Virus record (IMG/VR): IMGVR_UViG_3300047509_000193
Span: 1-58,259 of that record
DNA length: 58,259 nucleotides
From: a virus
Lineage: Duplodnaviria > Caudoviricetes
Direction: 5' to 3' (one strand)
Part shown: piece after piece, positions 1 to 10,096 of the stretch
How the letters are laid out: the number at the start of each line of letters is the position of its first letter
Position numbering within the stretch: the stretch's first letter is position 1
Translations under genes and position numbers: made by a program
The notes under the pieces: generated by a model
What the model saw: the letters and a program-made list of their open reading frames with translations, nothing else
Databases searched by the model: none
Told to the model about the DNA's origin: nothing

Positions 1-127
1 GGCCGTCGGCACCAACGGGGCGTATTTGCACAAGAACAAGATCCTTTGGCAGGACCTCGTAGATCGCCTTGTTGCCCTGCACCAAGTCCATGGTACGTTC
101 AAATGGACCGGAGGAGCGCTGCGCAGC
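1..127. repeat. Terminal direct repeat (copy 1), probably an assembly overlap of a circular contig
   Basis: Bases 1-127 are identical to 58133-58259; 127 is a common assembler k-mer; an ORF reads through the join. Confidence 0.95.
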
Positions 128-580
128 GCCGAAGCATGGTACAAAGACAAGCTCCCGCCAAGGCCCAGCCACAGCAAGCTGACACATTACCTGCCAAGAC
201 GATGGGTCACAACCTTGAAGCTCACAATGGTGGCGAGCATAGCGCGTGCTGATGACCTTGTCATCCAGCTTGATGACTTTGACAGGGCTAGGGAATGGCT
301 TCTCGCCGCCGAGCATCATATGCCAGATATCTTTAGGGAGATGACCCAAAGGAGCGACACGCAAGTCATTCAGGAGTTGCATCAGTTCGCCTGGCGGACC
401 TATGCCAAGAACCAGCGTCCGCTAGATGAATCTCATCTCATCCACTTTCTTCAAAGCAGAATCCCAAGTGAGAAAATCCTCAAGGTCCTTGAAATTGCTG
501 AACGATCTAATTTCTTGTCTCGCGACGCGGGCACGAAGCTCTGGAAACCTCGGCCTGCGCATGAACGAGGAGTTGAATAG
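1..580 (+). CDS. 3' part of DUF3987-type primase-associated helicase (continues from 57501 across the join)
   Basis: ORF 26..580 is in frame with the open frame starting at 57501; joined product is about 403 aa. Confidence 0.75.
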   Translation, partial: AVGTNGAYLHKNKILWQDLVDRLVALHQVHGTFKWTGGALRSAEAWYKDKLPPRPSHSKLTHYLPRRWVTTLKLTMVASIARADDLVIQLDDFDRAREWLLAAEHHMPDIFREMTQRSDTQVIQELHQFAWRTYAKNQRPLDESHLIHFLQSRIPSEKILKVLEIAERSNFLSRDAGTKLWKPRPAHERGVE

Positions 581-626
581 CCTTGCCCACCCTTCGTCTG
601 TCAAACAAGCCCACGGAGCCCCACCC

Positions 627-800
627 ATGCTTACCACCATCCGCGATCGCTATGTCGTCGAATGCGACTCCTGCGCCGAGATCCAAGAACTCGAAGACGA
701 CTTCGACATGAGCCGAGCGCAGATGAAAAGCTTAGGCTGGAGGGCCGTGAAGCACGGCCCAGAATGGACGCATCTTTGCCCGGACTGCAAGGAAGACTGA
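627..800 (+). CDS. Small zinc-finger protein
   Basis: MLTTIRDRYVVECDSC...HLCPDCKED, two CxxC pairs; GGAG upstream. Confidence 0.7.
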   Translation: MLTTIRDRYVVECDSCAEIQELEDDFDMSRAQMKSLGWRAVKHGPEWTHLCPDCKED

Positions 801-806
801 GCTAAG

Positions 807-1079
807 ATGCGAAATCCGTCTTCACTGCATCGACTTTGGCAAAAATATAGAGCAAAAGCAATTGCTTTTGCTATAATAGATGCAGCTTTTCAGGAGCCAG
901 ATATGGAAATCAAACTACAAGTAGGTCCACAATGGGTAGCTGTTAAAGCAGAAGACAATCACGAAGCCTACACTAAAGCCATCAAAATGGCTGCGGCTTT
1001 ATTGTGGGATAAGCTACATCCAGAAGAAATGGAAAATCTGTTACAAAAAGGCAGACAAGAATTAGCGAGAAAGACCTAA
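807..1079 (+). CDS. Hypothetical protein in an AT-richer segment
   Basis: 90-aa ORF following the previous gene on the same strand. Confidence 0.55.
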   Translation: MRNPSSLHRLWQKYRAKAIAFAIIDAAFQEPDMEIKLQVGPQWVAVKAEDNHEAYTKAIKMAAALLWDKLHPEEMENLLQKGRQELARKT

Positions 1080-1082
1080 TAT

Positions 1083-1202
1083 ATGCTTGACTTCTTCGCC
1101 ACTCTCTTCCTCCTCGTCTACCTGGCTTTCTGGCCAGTTCTCTATACCCTTGTCTTCTGGGCCGTCTACAAATCTGTAGTCACCCTACTACGGGCCGATT
1201 AG
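1083..1202 (+). CDS. Small hydrophobic membrane peptide (39 aa)
   Basis: Manual translation MLDFFATLFLLVYLAFWPVLYTLVFWAVYKSVVTLLRAD; last plus-strand ORF before the convergence point. Confidence 0.45.
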   Translation: MLDFFATLFLLVYLAFWPVLYTLVFWAVYKSVVTLLRAD

Positions 1203-3023
1203 CTTATTGCTGCCCTGCGCAGCAGGGGCCAGCAAGGCATTAGGCACCGCACGATTAAGCTCCGGTTGCAAGGCTCGGCCAGCATACGTAGCGCCCTGCC
1301 CATAAGCATTTACAGCAGCCTTGCCAAAGATCGAGGCAGCAAGAGTAGCAGCTGCCACTGCCGCTGCCCCTGGATGACTATGTACCAGGGGAATTATCTC
1401 GCTGGCAGCAGCTGTTCCCGCTGCCACTCCCATAGTCTTCGCTGCCGCGTGGTGCCCACCAAGGAAAAAGCTGTCTGCTGCTTTCTTTACTCCCCCTGTT
1501 GCTGTTGGGCTATCAATCAACTGTCCAACTCTTGCCCAAGCATCTACATCATCTGGCACGCCACCCCAAGCAAACTCCTTATACTTATTCCCAATAGCTG
1601 TCTGCACTCGCTTTGGGTCGATCATGCCAGTGGCCTTGGCATCATCAACCACAGGCTCCAAAGCCATCATAAGCCTTGTCTGCTTGCGCGCAAGGTTGAA
1701 TTCTTGCACATCCGCCGGTGCATTAGCCGGGTTACGAAGCAAGGAATCCTCCAGGGCACTTCGAAGCCTTACACCAAGATACTTCGTATTCTGATTATTT
1801 ATTAAGTCGTCGATCGGGCCACCCTTCTCGGTGAGGGCCTGAAATCGCACCCCTGGAATAGTGCCAGCCCTCCCAGGCACCGCTGCCGCTGTCCTCAGTT
1901 CACCAGCAATATTCTGTAGCGTATCATTAAACTGATTGTAATCCGAGTTCCCTGCACGTCTTGGTCCAAACTTCGCCACAGCTTTCGCTTGAATATCACC
2001 TAAATCCGTAATAAGCCCCCTGTCGTAGGGCGTCAGCGACAGCTTTGGCACAACCGCGTTATAGCGCGTGCTCAGGTCTGCCTTGGCCTGCCCAAAACTT
2101 GCTGGTGTAAAGTCCTCTGCATCGCTACCAATGAGCTTATTCCCTGCTGCATTGTATTGTTTGATTTGGTCCTTGGCCTTGCCAGCAGTAACAGATTCCA
2201 CATCAGGCCGAAGTTGTTTAGGAGCAAGATCAATTCCAAGATCCTTGGCGTCGCTGGCAAGCTGCGCCACCGGCCTTTCAATACGTCGCCCTGCAAAGGC
2301 ATTAAGCATGGGTGCAATAGGGCTCAGTACAGTTCCAACAGCCGCTCCAGTCGCTACTTGCTGCCCAAAGGATTCCTCTGGATTCACCTGGCTCTGCAAA
2401 GCCCCAGCTTCTGCCCCGAGCTTTGCTCCCGCCACCGGGACGCTAAGTAGCGCTCCACGTCCACCAGTCTGTCCAGCCAAGAACTTCTGCATAATCGGCG
2501 CGCCCTTAAGCAGGGCTTCTTCCCCATACTTAAGTCCCTTTAGGGCCATCCCCGTCGGCACGAGCGTAGTGGCAATGTCTGTGCCAAGAGCAAACTCTGG
2601 ATTCTGCTTCTCCCAGGCTTGTCTTGCGGCATCCACTGGCTGGCGCAGGGCCGCATAGCGATCTGAGAAGGTTCCTCCAGAGCCTTGGACAGCCCCGATC
2701 GCTGCATCGGCAGGGGTGTCAAGGCCAAGAGTCAGACCATGCCCTACTTGCCCTGCAATGCCCCATTCCCCCGCAAGCTCATCTTCTATCTTTTGCCTAA
2801 GCTGCGGCTTTGCTGCAAACTCTGCACTTGAAATAGGCTCACCGTCGGCACCTTGATGTCTTTGCTGCGCACGGCTCCAGACCTCCTTGTCCAGAGTGCT
2901 TGGTTCCCATTGCTGCAGAGTAGAATTTATGGTATCTTGGTCAGTATTGGCAGGGAACTGCATGACATGCCCATACCCCATATCCATATTTATAGGAGGT
3001 TCTGGTTCTGGTCTCTCGCTCAT
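1188..3023 (-). CDS. Putative DNA ejection / internal virion protein
   Basis: Ala/Gly-rich, about 611 aa, last gene of the structural operon; ATG at 3023 overlaps the upstream stop (ATGA). Confidence 0.7.
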   Translation of the reverse strand: MSERPEPEPPINMDMGYGHVMQFPANTDQDTINSTLQQWEPSTLDKEVWSRAQQRHQGADGEPISSAEFAAKPQLRQKIEDELAGEWGIAGQVGHGLTLGLDTPADAAIGAVQGSGGTFSDRYAALRQPVDAARQAWEKQNPEFALGTDIATTLVPTGMALKGLKYGEEALLKGAPIMQKFLAGQTGGRGALLSVPVAGAKLGAEAGALQSQVNPEESFGQQVATGAAVGTVLSPIAPMLNAFAGRRIERPVAQLASDAKDLGIDLAPKQLRPDVESVTAGKAKDQIKQYNAAGNKLIGSDAEDFTPASFGQAKADLSTRYNAVVPKLSLTPYDRGLITDLGDIQAKAVAKFGPRRAGNSDYNQFNDTLQNIAGELRTAAAVPGRAGTIPGVRFQALTEKGGPIDDLINNQNTKYLGVRLRSALEDSLLRNPANAPADVQEFNLARKQTRLMMALEPVVDDAKATGMIDPKRVQTAIGNKYKEFAWGGVPDDVDAWARVGQLIDSPTATGGVKKAADSFFLGGHHAAAKTMGVAAGTAAASEIIPLVHSHPGAAAVAAATLAASIFGKAAVNAYGQGATYAGRALQPELNRAVPNALLAPAAQGSNKLIGP

Positions 3024-4795
3024 ATCCCTGGCACCCACTTCTTGCTGTCTGTATCCCAACGTTCTGGCTGCCTCGTCGTAGGATTCATCCTATGCGTTAT
3101 ACCAACTGGTGGCGCTACAGTCTCTGATGCCTTTGCTCCCCGCTCAGGCACCGGAATTTCTTGCGTACTAATCTTTCCCTCCTTAAGCATCTTATTCTGC
3201 CATTCATTCTCCCACCCAGTGATATCAAAATCAGGCCTTTTCCGAGCCTCTAGCAGAGCATCCTGCTGCTCCTTATCAAGCTTATACTGACCCTTCATAA
3301 AATTGAAAATCTTCTTAGCTGCATCTGGATCAGTATTCAGATTTGGATTCGCTTCCTGGAACTTCGCCCACTCCATTTGAGTGAACTTACCAGTATTTCC
3401 TTGCAGCGCATTTGTCATGCTTGTTGTAGCGAACGTTACCATGAACTTGTCAAATTCTTGTGCAGCGGAGAGATCTCCGCCGGCAATCCTATCTACAAGG
3501 CTCTGCGATACCCCTGGAATACCCTGAGCAATGCTTGCCAATTTTGCCTTGATTTCACTCAGGCCACCCGTCTGCGTCTTTTCCAAGAGCGGAATGACCT
3601 CTCCAAGCTGTCTTAGCATCTGCCCGCTAGAGGCAACCCGCTCGTTAAGGTTTTTGACGTACTCAATGGCAGGCTTACGCAGGTCTGCAGTTGCTACATT
3701 CTGCGGCTTGACAAGTCCGCTCGGCTGTCCTTGTCCAGGCACTGTGCCTCTTGCCCCAAGCTGTGAATCTTCCTCTGCTGTTGCACCTGCCACAGCGTTT
3801 GTCTGTGCCTGCGAAGCATTATTGCCAGCTTGGCCTGGTGGCGGTGGAGCCCCTGCTGCAGCACGCCTCGTCGCAGGCGTTCCAACAAGCGGATTGGCCT
3901 GCGCTGGAATGCCACCCTGCACAGTTAGTGGATTGCTTCCAGCAGGCCCCGGCGTGAAGCTCGAGCCACCAGGTGCCAGGGTTGTGCCTCGCTTCGGCAC
4001 CTGGTTTCCATATTCGTCGGTGACAGCCTCTGACCCTTCTCCAGGGGTCAGTGACTTGTTCGTCGTGCCAAGGAGCTTTGGTTGATTAGTCAACGAGTCG
4101 AAACCAATATGAAAGATCCTGTCATGTGCATCCACATGCTGGACTTGGCCTAGTCTTGCCTTGATCTGCTCGTCCAAGGGCTGCGCTTCGAGCGCCAAGC
4201 GCTCGACATAGTCTTGCAGTCCTTGCGGATCGTCAGGAACCTTACTTGCAGTCTCCATAATCCTGGCGCTCATCGCGGCCTTCACATCCGCAGGGATATT
4301 CGGATTCGTCCGAATGTTTGCCCAGGATTCACTTAAGGCATCCTGAAAGGCGCTCTTTGTAACAGGAATTTTATTGCCATTCTCATCGGTCCGCCCTAGG
4401 GTCGCCGCAGCAAACTGCGTATGCGTCTTATACGCCTCATTGAGCATCTTCTGCGTATCAGTGCCAAGCTGCAACTGCTTGATCTGCTTATCCACAAGGG
4501 TCGGCATGATATTGGCAAGGCCGAAGGCACCGATTGGACTGCCCTGCTTTGCCATATCGGCAGCAAGAGTACCGGCCTTCTTGAGATCGATCTGTCCAGT
4601 ATCAGGATCTGTGGCCTCGCCCAAGATGTGCCCTACAGCGAGCTTACTTTGTGTTTCCAACTGGTAGAGCTGGTTCTGGTTCTGCAGAAGCTGGTTTCGC
4701 GCCAGCGAATTGCTAATATCCATTGCCTGCCCGGCCGTTGCCAACGGATTTGGCGGAGGCTGCACACCAAGGGAGATGCTCGGATCTATGGGCAT
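3020..4795 (-). CDS. Putative DNA ejection protein (P22 gp20-like position)
   Basis: 591 aa, MPIDPSISLG start and Gln-rich N-terminus typical of podovirus ejection proteins; synteny. Confidence 0.7.
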   Translation of the reverse strand: MPIDPSISLGVQPPPNPLATAGQAMDISNSLARNQLLQNQNQLYQLETQSKLAVGHILGEATDPDTGQIDLKKAGTLAADMAKQGSPIGAFGLANIMPTLVDKQIKQLQLGTDTQKMLNEAYKTHTQFAAATLGRTDENGNKIPVTKSAFQDALSESWANIRTNPNIPADVKAAMSARIMETASKVPDDPQGLQDYVERLALEAQPLDEQIKARLGQVQHVDAHDRIFHIGFDSLTNQPKLLGTTNKSLTPGEGSEAVTDEYGNQVPKRGTTLAPGGSSFTPGPAGSNPLTVQGGIPAQANPLVGTPATRRAAAGAPPPPGQAGNNASQAQTNAVAGATAEEDSQLGARGTVPGQGQPSGLVKPQNVATADLRKPAIEYVKNLNERVASSGQMLRQLGEVIPLLEKTQTGGLSEIKAKLASIAQGIPGVSQSLVDRIAGGDLSAAQEFDKFMVTFATTSMTNALQGNTGKFTQMEWAKFQEANPNLNTDPDAAKKIFNFMKGQYKLDKEQQDALLEARKRPDFDITGWENEWQNKMLKEGKISTQEIPVPERGAKASETVAPPVGITHRMNPTTRQPERWDTDSKKWVPGI

Positions 4796-4797
4796 GA

Positions 4798-5598
4798 CTA
4801 GGCTCCAGCACCGAAGAATCTAGAGTTTGGATTCAAAGTCTGACTTAAATCAATATTATTATTGTTATTTTTACTCAGCAAAGCACCAACCAAGGCGTTG
4901 GAGCCAAGGTTGTTGATGCCCCCTCCGATGGCGTTGCCGACACCGACCTGTCCAGCCGCTTGCGCGGCAGCACCGCTTGTCAGGAACTGGTTCGAGAAAT
5001 TTGTGCCCTGCACACCGAGGGCACCAGCGCCCGCCGCTGCGTTCTCACCGAGGTTGGCCTGTCCAGACAACATACTGAAGACCTGTTGGTTCTGGGTTAA
5101 GTAATTTTGCAGCTGCTGATTGTACGTCGTGCTTGCAAGCCCTGTAGCGTAGTTGGCGGCGCCCTTGAGGGCCGGGCCAGAGCGGCCCAGCCCCTGGCTC
5201 GCCATGCCACTCTGCACGGCCTGGAGGCCCTGATCAAGAGTAAACTTGTACCCGGGGGTCTGCGTCAAGTCCGCCGGACTGAAAGGCGCTGTGAGCGGAG
5301 CTGTCAAAGGGCTTGTCCCAGGTGCCGTCCCTGTCATTTGCCCCAGGGTGCCAAAGGCCCCTTGCCCTTGCTGCGCAAAGGGCTGTAGGCGGCTTGCTGC
5401 CGCCTGCGAGGCTGCCAAGGCATTTTGGCTAGCAATGATACTCGCCTGACTCTGCGTATCCGCCGCAGAGCTTGCCGCATTAGCGCCGATGCCCGCGCTA
5501 ACAAGGCCTGCCCCGGCGGACAGCGCAAGCGCTGTTCCAAGCCCAATGAACTGACAAAGGCAGGGCTCTGCCCAGTCGCCATCTATGCCTAGTCTCAT
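4798..5598 (-). CDS. DNA transfer/ejection protein (P22 gp7-like)
   Basis: Gly/Ala-rich with hydrophobic N-terminal segment and TPGYKFTLDQG...SGPALK motif. Confidence 0.75.
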   Translation of the reverse strand: MRLGIDGDWAEPCLCQFIGLGTALALSAGAGLVSAGIGANAASSAADTQSQASIIASQNALAASQAAASRLQPFAQQGQGAFGTLGQMTGTAPGTSPLTAPLTAPFSPADLTQTPGYKFTLDQGLQAVQSGMASQGLGRSGPALKGAANYATGLASTTYNQQLQNYLTQNQQVFSMLSGQANLGENAAAGAGALGVQGTNFSNQFLTSGAAAQAAGQVGVGNAIGGGINNLGSNALVGALLSKNNNNNIDLSQTLNPNSRFFGAGA

Positions 5599-6176
5599 TG
5601 CAACACCCTAGAGTCATAGTATGCCTGAGCCTTGCCAAACACCCTATCCATGCCAACGACATTGCTTCTGGCACGTTCCATCAGAATCTCTGGTTGTATT
5701 TGTATATTGAGGTCCTTGGTAAACTCCCACCAGGCAGGGTCCCACCGACAAGGCAAGCATTGTTCAAAGACGCGGCGAGCCGCGTCCTCGTGCTTAAGCT
5801 CTTGAAAGGTCGTCTGCAGAACGCCCTTGAGGGCACTTACCTCGTCCAGGGCAAAGCACAGTCTGTCAATGGCCCTCTCCAGCATGGGGCCCTGCCAACC
5901 AAGCGCTGCACAACTCTTGATGACCTCTGCCTTCGGTCGTCGCAAGACCACAAGGCGTGCTTGGGGCCACCTCCCAATGACCTCCGGCCAGCAAAGCGCC
6001 AGCTGCGTGTCACAGATTCCAAAGCGGGGCTTGCCAAGGATCTTATCAAGGTCCGAGAGTTGCCGAAAGGCCACCGACATCTCATGCACGCAGACCCAGT
6101 CGCCATAGGTTAGGAAGGCACTTAGCCACGCGCTCCTTGCGCGTGGCATGGCAAACACAATGAAGGGCCTTGTCAT
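5595..6176 (-). CDS. Sulfotransferase-like P-loop protein
   Basis: FIVFAMPRARSAWL...CVHE (5'-PSB-like loop) and RLVVLRRP...VIKS (3'-PB-like); ATGA coupling at both ends. Confidence 0.6.
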   Translation of the reverse strand: MTRPFIVFAMPRARSAWLSAFLTYGDWVCVHEMSVAFRQLSDLDKILGKPRFGICDTQLALCWPEVIGRWPQARLVVLRRPKAEVIKSCAALGWQGPMLERAIDRLCFALDEVSALKGVLQTTFQELKHEDAARRVFEQCLPCRWDPAWWEFTKDLNIQIQPEILMERARSNVVGMDRVFGKAQAYYDSRVLQ

Positions 6177-6949
6177 AGCGCGATCTGCCATGCAGTCAAG
6201 GTACTATCCTTATTATTGCCAGAGATATTGAACAGAATCTTGCCGTTGACAGAGGTGAGGTCTTGGACAGAGATTCGCAGATTCCCCGCCGGAGCAGCCA
6301 ACACACCGGACAACGCCACAACGCCAGCCGCTCCAGCCGCAACAGTAAGCTCCGCACTTGCAATGACCGTTGTACCGTCCCACAGCCTCACAAGCATATT
6401 AGCCAAGGCAGGATCAAATAGTGTCACTGTGCCAGAAGCAAACCAGGTGCCAGTGGCACCCTGCACAACGCTCGGCCCATCGAAGTAGTTTGCCACATTG
6501 TTTAAGGCCACGTCACCAACAAGAGATGCAGTGAGAGGTAGGCCCAAACCAAGCAATGCTCTGACCTGTGCAACGGATAGATCTGCTGGCGTAGCCAGCA
6601 CTCCTGCTGCATTGCCCTTCAAGGTGCTTGCTGGTACCTTTGCTAAGCGAGGATTGTCAACGCCGTTTTGCACAATGTCTAGCCTGCCCAGCACGAAGCC
6701 AAGGGCATCAGCAAGGGCGAGGTCCTGGGATTGGCCAGGGCCAATCCCAGCATTGCCCTTCAAAGTCTGTGCAGGCACAAGCGCCAGTTTCACATTGCTT
6801 ATGCTCCCATCAGGCACCAAAGTCCCCGCCTTGTTAGTTCCAAGGATCTCGAAGAGGCCCAGAATGCACCTATAGAAGGCATTAGTTGGTCTACCATCCT
6901 GGTCAACCCACTGAGCTCTCGGTGACATAACCTGGTATTCGTTTGCCAA
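6173..6949 (-). CDS. Tail needle/short fibre-like virion protein
   Basis: Follows the gp10-like gene; WVDQDGRPTNAFY N-terminus; two TLKGNA shaft repeats; beta-rich C-terminus. Confidence 0.6.
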   Translation of the reverse strand: MANEYQVMSPRAQWVDQDGRPTNAFYRCILGLFEILGTNKAGTLVPDGSISNVKLALVPAQTLKGNAGIGPGQSQDLALADALGFVLGRLDIVQNGVDNPRLAKVPASTLKGNAAGVLATPADLSVAQVRALLGLGLPLTASLVGDVALNNVANYFDGPSVVQGATGTWFASGTVTLFDPALANMLVRLWDGTTVIASAELTVAAGAAGVVALSGVLAAPAGNLRISVQDLTSVNGKILFNISGNNKDSTLTAWQIAL

Positions 6950-6952
6950 GGC

Positions 6953-8386
6953 CTAGCTTCCCATCGACAGCTGGTCGATCCAGGCACCATTCAAGGCTGT
7001 CAATTGGGGGCAGTCCCAAAAGAGTTCAAACACTCGATCCCTGGCGGCGCCCAGCCTTCGCCACTGCGGCTGCACAAGGTATTCGCCGGTCTGCCCGAGG
7101 CTCTGATCCAGGGCATTGCCCCAAGTCCGCCCTCGGTCATCGGACCAGCGGAGGAACACAATGGAGTCTCCCAGGCTGGCTTCGCCAGCCTGCATATCCG
7201 CGCGGAAGCTTGCATAGGACACTCGGTTCCCGTTGGACAGGATATGCGGAAAGCCCCTCCGACGGACAATGGCAACACCATTATCAGTAAAGGTGTCTGG
7301 GTCAATTTGATAAAGGGCGCCTGTTTCCCAGTCCTGGCCCCAATTAAGGCCATATGCAAAAGCAGCCGCCGATAGGCGGCTCCTATGTTCCCTCCCGTTG
7401 TTGTCCGTCCAAGTCTCCTCATGCCAAAGCTCCGTCTGCTTATCGTAGACCCAAGTGGCATCGACCGAGGGAAAGGTCAGGTAGTAAAAGATGTGGCCGC
7501 CGAGCTTGACCACAAAGCCAATGCCATCAGAGACTTTGCTATACTTCCTCAGGGCCTCTTCAATAGCGTAGGTGCTTATCCGTGTTACCTTGTATGGCTC
7601 TCCCATCACGACAAAGCGGGCGCCGTCCTTATCCTGGTCGAGCCAAAAGACATACTGGTCATGGGTGGCCACCGAGTAGGTCGCCGCACAACCATGCTCG
7701 AAGAACACGCCCGGCAAGATGGCGAAGGGAAAGGTGGGGTTGCCAGCGTTGAACCAGACTTCTGTGGTTAGACTGCCAATGAGCCAGATCTCACGATGCA
7801 CCACGGCAAGGGTTATTAGGCCGTCTGAGAATGCTGTCTTGCTCGCGAAGTAGAGAGGGTCCCAGACCAAGCCATTGGAGTGTGTGCTTTGGAACTCCTG
7901 CGTCGCAGGCACATTGGAGAGCACAAAGGTGTCCAGAAACCCTACCTTGTCAGCACCGAGGAACTGGACATCGGCAATCGGGGCAAAGGCATGCCCTGCC
8001 AAGGCAATAGTATACCCGACAGGACTGCCATCAACTAGTACAACCGTACTGCTGTCATCCGTCATTGAGCAGATGCTTGTCAAAGAGGCAAGGTTGCCAA
8101 GCAGGGTGAAGTTGCCCAAGGAATCGACAAAGTAAACACCAGTACCAACGACGGCAAAGAGCTCTCCGTTGGTGGCCCTATAGAGGCCACGGCCAAGCCC
8201 TGGACTCGGCGGCAAGCCCTGCTGCTTAAGCCCAGCGCGTAAGTAATGTGTCACCGGCGTCTCAGCATCACCCTGGTTGATCTCCGGCACCAGGTTGACA
8301 CAGCGCTGCGCTGAGGCAATGACGCTGCGCGCCTGATAAGTGCCGCCAAGCAGCTGAACTAGGTTATCATTCCGGGGCTTAGGCAA
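6953..8386 (-). CDS. Packaged DNA stabilization / tail hub protein (P22 gp10-like)
   Basis: 477 aa; QRCVNL, TTEVWFNAG, LRWSDDRGRTW, WRRLG..RDRVFEL motifs. Confidence 0.85.
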   Translation of the reverse strand: MPKPRNDNLVQLLGGTYQARSVIASAQRCVNLVPEINQGDAETPVTHYLRAGLKQQGLPPSPGLGRGLYRATNGELFAVVGTGVYFVDSLGNFTLLGNLASLTSICSMTDDSSTVVLVDGSPVGYTIALAGHAFAPIADVQFLGADKVGFLDTFVLSNVPATQEFQSTHSNGLVWDPLYFASKTAFSDGLITLAVVHREIWLIGSLTTEVWFNAGNPTFPFAILPGVFFEHGCAATYSVATHDQYVFWLDQDKDGARFVVMGEPYKVTRISTYAIEEALRKYSKVSDGIGFVVKLGGHIFYYLTFPSVDATWVYDKQTELWHEETWTDNNGREHRSRLSAAAFAYGLNWGQDWETGALYQIDPDTFTDNGVAIVRRRGFPHILSNGNRVSYASFRADMQAGEASLGDSIVFLRWSDDRGRTWGNALDQSLGQTGEYLVQPQWRRLGAARDRVFELFWDCPQLTALNGAWIDQLSMGS

Positions 8387-8558
8387 GCCTGCACCTATCC
8401 CGCAGATCTTTCTCCTGATACGCTCCGTACTTAACTTTGCTTACCACACCGTCCTGCCTTGTGATCTCGAGCACGAAGTCGCCCTCTGGCCCTACCTCGA
8501 GAACCTTGAAAACCTGCTTACCGTGAGCAGGCAGCCAGAGTTGCCCAACCTCTAGCAT
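8379..8558 (-). CDS. Hypothetical protein
   Basis: Short ORF filling the gap between coupled structural genes; start uncertain. Confidence 0.45.
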   Translation of the reverse strand: MLEVGQLWLPAHGKQVFKVLEVGPEGDFVLEITRQDGVVSKVKYGAYQEKDLRDRCRLA

Positions 8559-8560
8559 GG

Positions 8561-8974
8561 CTACGCCGAAGTCTCCTGCTTCCAAGCCCCTGGCTTGTAG
8601 CAGTAGAACTCACAAATGACACCAGTGGCAACAGTCACAGCGGTGCCATTGGCAGTCGGCGTCACTGTGCCATTGGGAGTAATGCGGTCCGTCCCGCTTG
8701 CGGCAAACACATTCACCGTCTGCGCTCCATTGTTTATCACCGCGATGTTCTGTCCGACGGTCTGGGCAGGGGGCAAGACCACACTATCCCCGCTGCTCGC
8801 GCAGACGCTGACTTCACATACGGAGGCATTGAGTGGCACAGCACCACTCTGCCCACCACCGGCCTTCGCCGTAATGCCAGACTGAGTGCCATATAAGAGG
8901 TTGACAAGCGCTTGCATCTGCGTACCGTCGAAGAGGCGCGGACCAGGGTCAAAGGACGGGACTTGGGTTGCCAT
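8561..8974 (-). CDS. Virion structural protein (possibly head decoration)
   Basis: ITAKAGGGQ...GDSVVLP beta-rich protein; AGGAG RBS; structural operon. Confidence 0.65.
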   Translation of the reverse strand: MATQVPSFDPGPRLFDGTQMQALVNLLYGTQSGITAKAGGGQSGAVPLNASVCEVSVCASSGDSVVLPPAQTVGQNIAVINNGAQTVNVFAASGTDRITPNGTVTPTANGTAVTVATGVICEFYCYKPGAWKQETSA

Positions 8975-8986
8975 AGGTAGGCTCCT

Positions 8987-9769
8987 TTAGGTGTCAGAGT
9001 AGATATTGTATTTGCCTTGTCGAAGCAAGTCCGAGGGCATGGTCAAGGCTGCAATCTGCGTGTTCGCACCGCGAAGCACATTGAGGCTGTCCTTGGCCAA
9101 ACCTTTGACTGTTTCCCACTGGTCAAGCATGGTCTGATCCCTGGATATGGGATACCTAACGCCGACTCGCAAGACCAAGTTGTAAAACAAGGCGCCAAAG
9201 TATTCATCCGGCAGATTGATCACTGTCGTCAGACTTGGGAAGCTCGTCAAGGTTTCTTTGAGGCTCAGGTGGATCTCGTAAAGGCTTGCCTGCGGGATCG
9301 GGTAGGGATGCAGAACGCCCAAGGGCCAGGCATTGTCATAGAACAAGGACCTGGTAAAGCTCTGTAGGCTCTTGAGGGCGATCCTGTTGTAGTCCTCACG
9401 GCTCTGCAAGATCCTCATGGGATAGTCAACGGGAGGGGCAGAGCCGAAAGGTGTGACACCAAAGATGAAGCCGCCAAAGCCAACGCCCATGAGTTGCCGT
9501 AAGAACGCGGCCTCCACACGATCGGGACGTACCGCAAGCTGGACATCGCCGCCTGGCCCAAGTGTGTATTGCCCTGCCCCTGTGCTTGGCACGACGACAT
9601 CCACAAGGTGATAAACTAACCACCTCTTCCTATTCCACTGCCCAAGCATCATAATGGCAGTGTCGAAGGCATCGTTGAGGTCTTCGGCCCTGGGGGTCTG
9701 CCCAACGCCAGTCGCGCCGCAGTCCTTGAGGACCAGGGTGAGCAGGTCCTGCGGGGTTTTCAATACCAT
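8987..9769 (-). CDS. Head-tail adaptor (P22 gp4-like)
   Basis: GVGQTPRAEDLNDAF..MLGQW N-terminus and LPDEY..ALFYNL C-terminus; lies between coat and gp10-like genes. Confidence 0.75.
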   Translation of the reverse strand: MVLKTPQDLLTLVLKDCGATGVGQTPRAEDLNDAFDTAIMMLGQWNRKRWLVYHLVDVVVPSTGAGQYTLGPGGDVQLAVRPDRVEAAFLRQLMGVGFGGFIFGVTPFGSAPPVDYPMRILQSREDYNRIALKSLQSFTRSLFYDNAWPLGVLHPYPIPQASLYEIHLSLKETLTSFPSLTTVINLPDEYFGALFYNLVLRVGVRYPISRDQTMLDQWETVKGLAKDSLNVLRGANTQIAALTMPSDLLRQGKYNIYSDT

Positions 9770-9772
9770 GAG

Positions 9773-10096
9773 TTAGGCTCCAGGAGCCTTTGGCCCTATC
9801 CCTCTGGTCTCAACCTTGCCAACGACTGGGGGCAAGGACTCCACCTTGCCCTGCCCCCTGGATAGACGCAGTTCCTGGATGAGGCTCTGTGCCTCTGCGA
9901 GCTGCTTCGCAAGCTCAACTTCGCGTGCTGAGCTGGTTGGCACGCTTTGGGCAAGGCCGTAATCCAGCTCTGCGTCCATCTCTGCTTTGCGACTTTCGCA
10001 AAGCACGGCTTCGCCGCTCGCCAAGGTTACCCACTTCGGATACTCCTGATACTTGTACGGCGTGAACTTCATGTTACGATAGATGCCCTGGGTCAT
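9773..10096 (-). CDS. Hypothetical structural-region protein
   Basis: 107 aa with YQEYPKWV motif; coupled to the upstream gene. Confidence 0.65.
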   Translation of the reverse strand: MTQGIYRNMKFTPYKYQEYPKWVTLASGEAVLCESRKAEMDAELDYGLAQSVPTSSAREVELAKQLAEAQSLIQELRLSRGQGKVESLPPVVGKVETRGIGPKAPGA

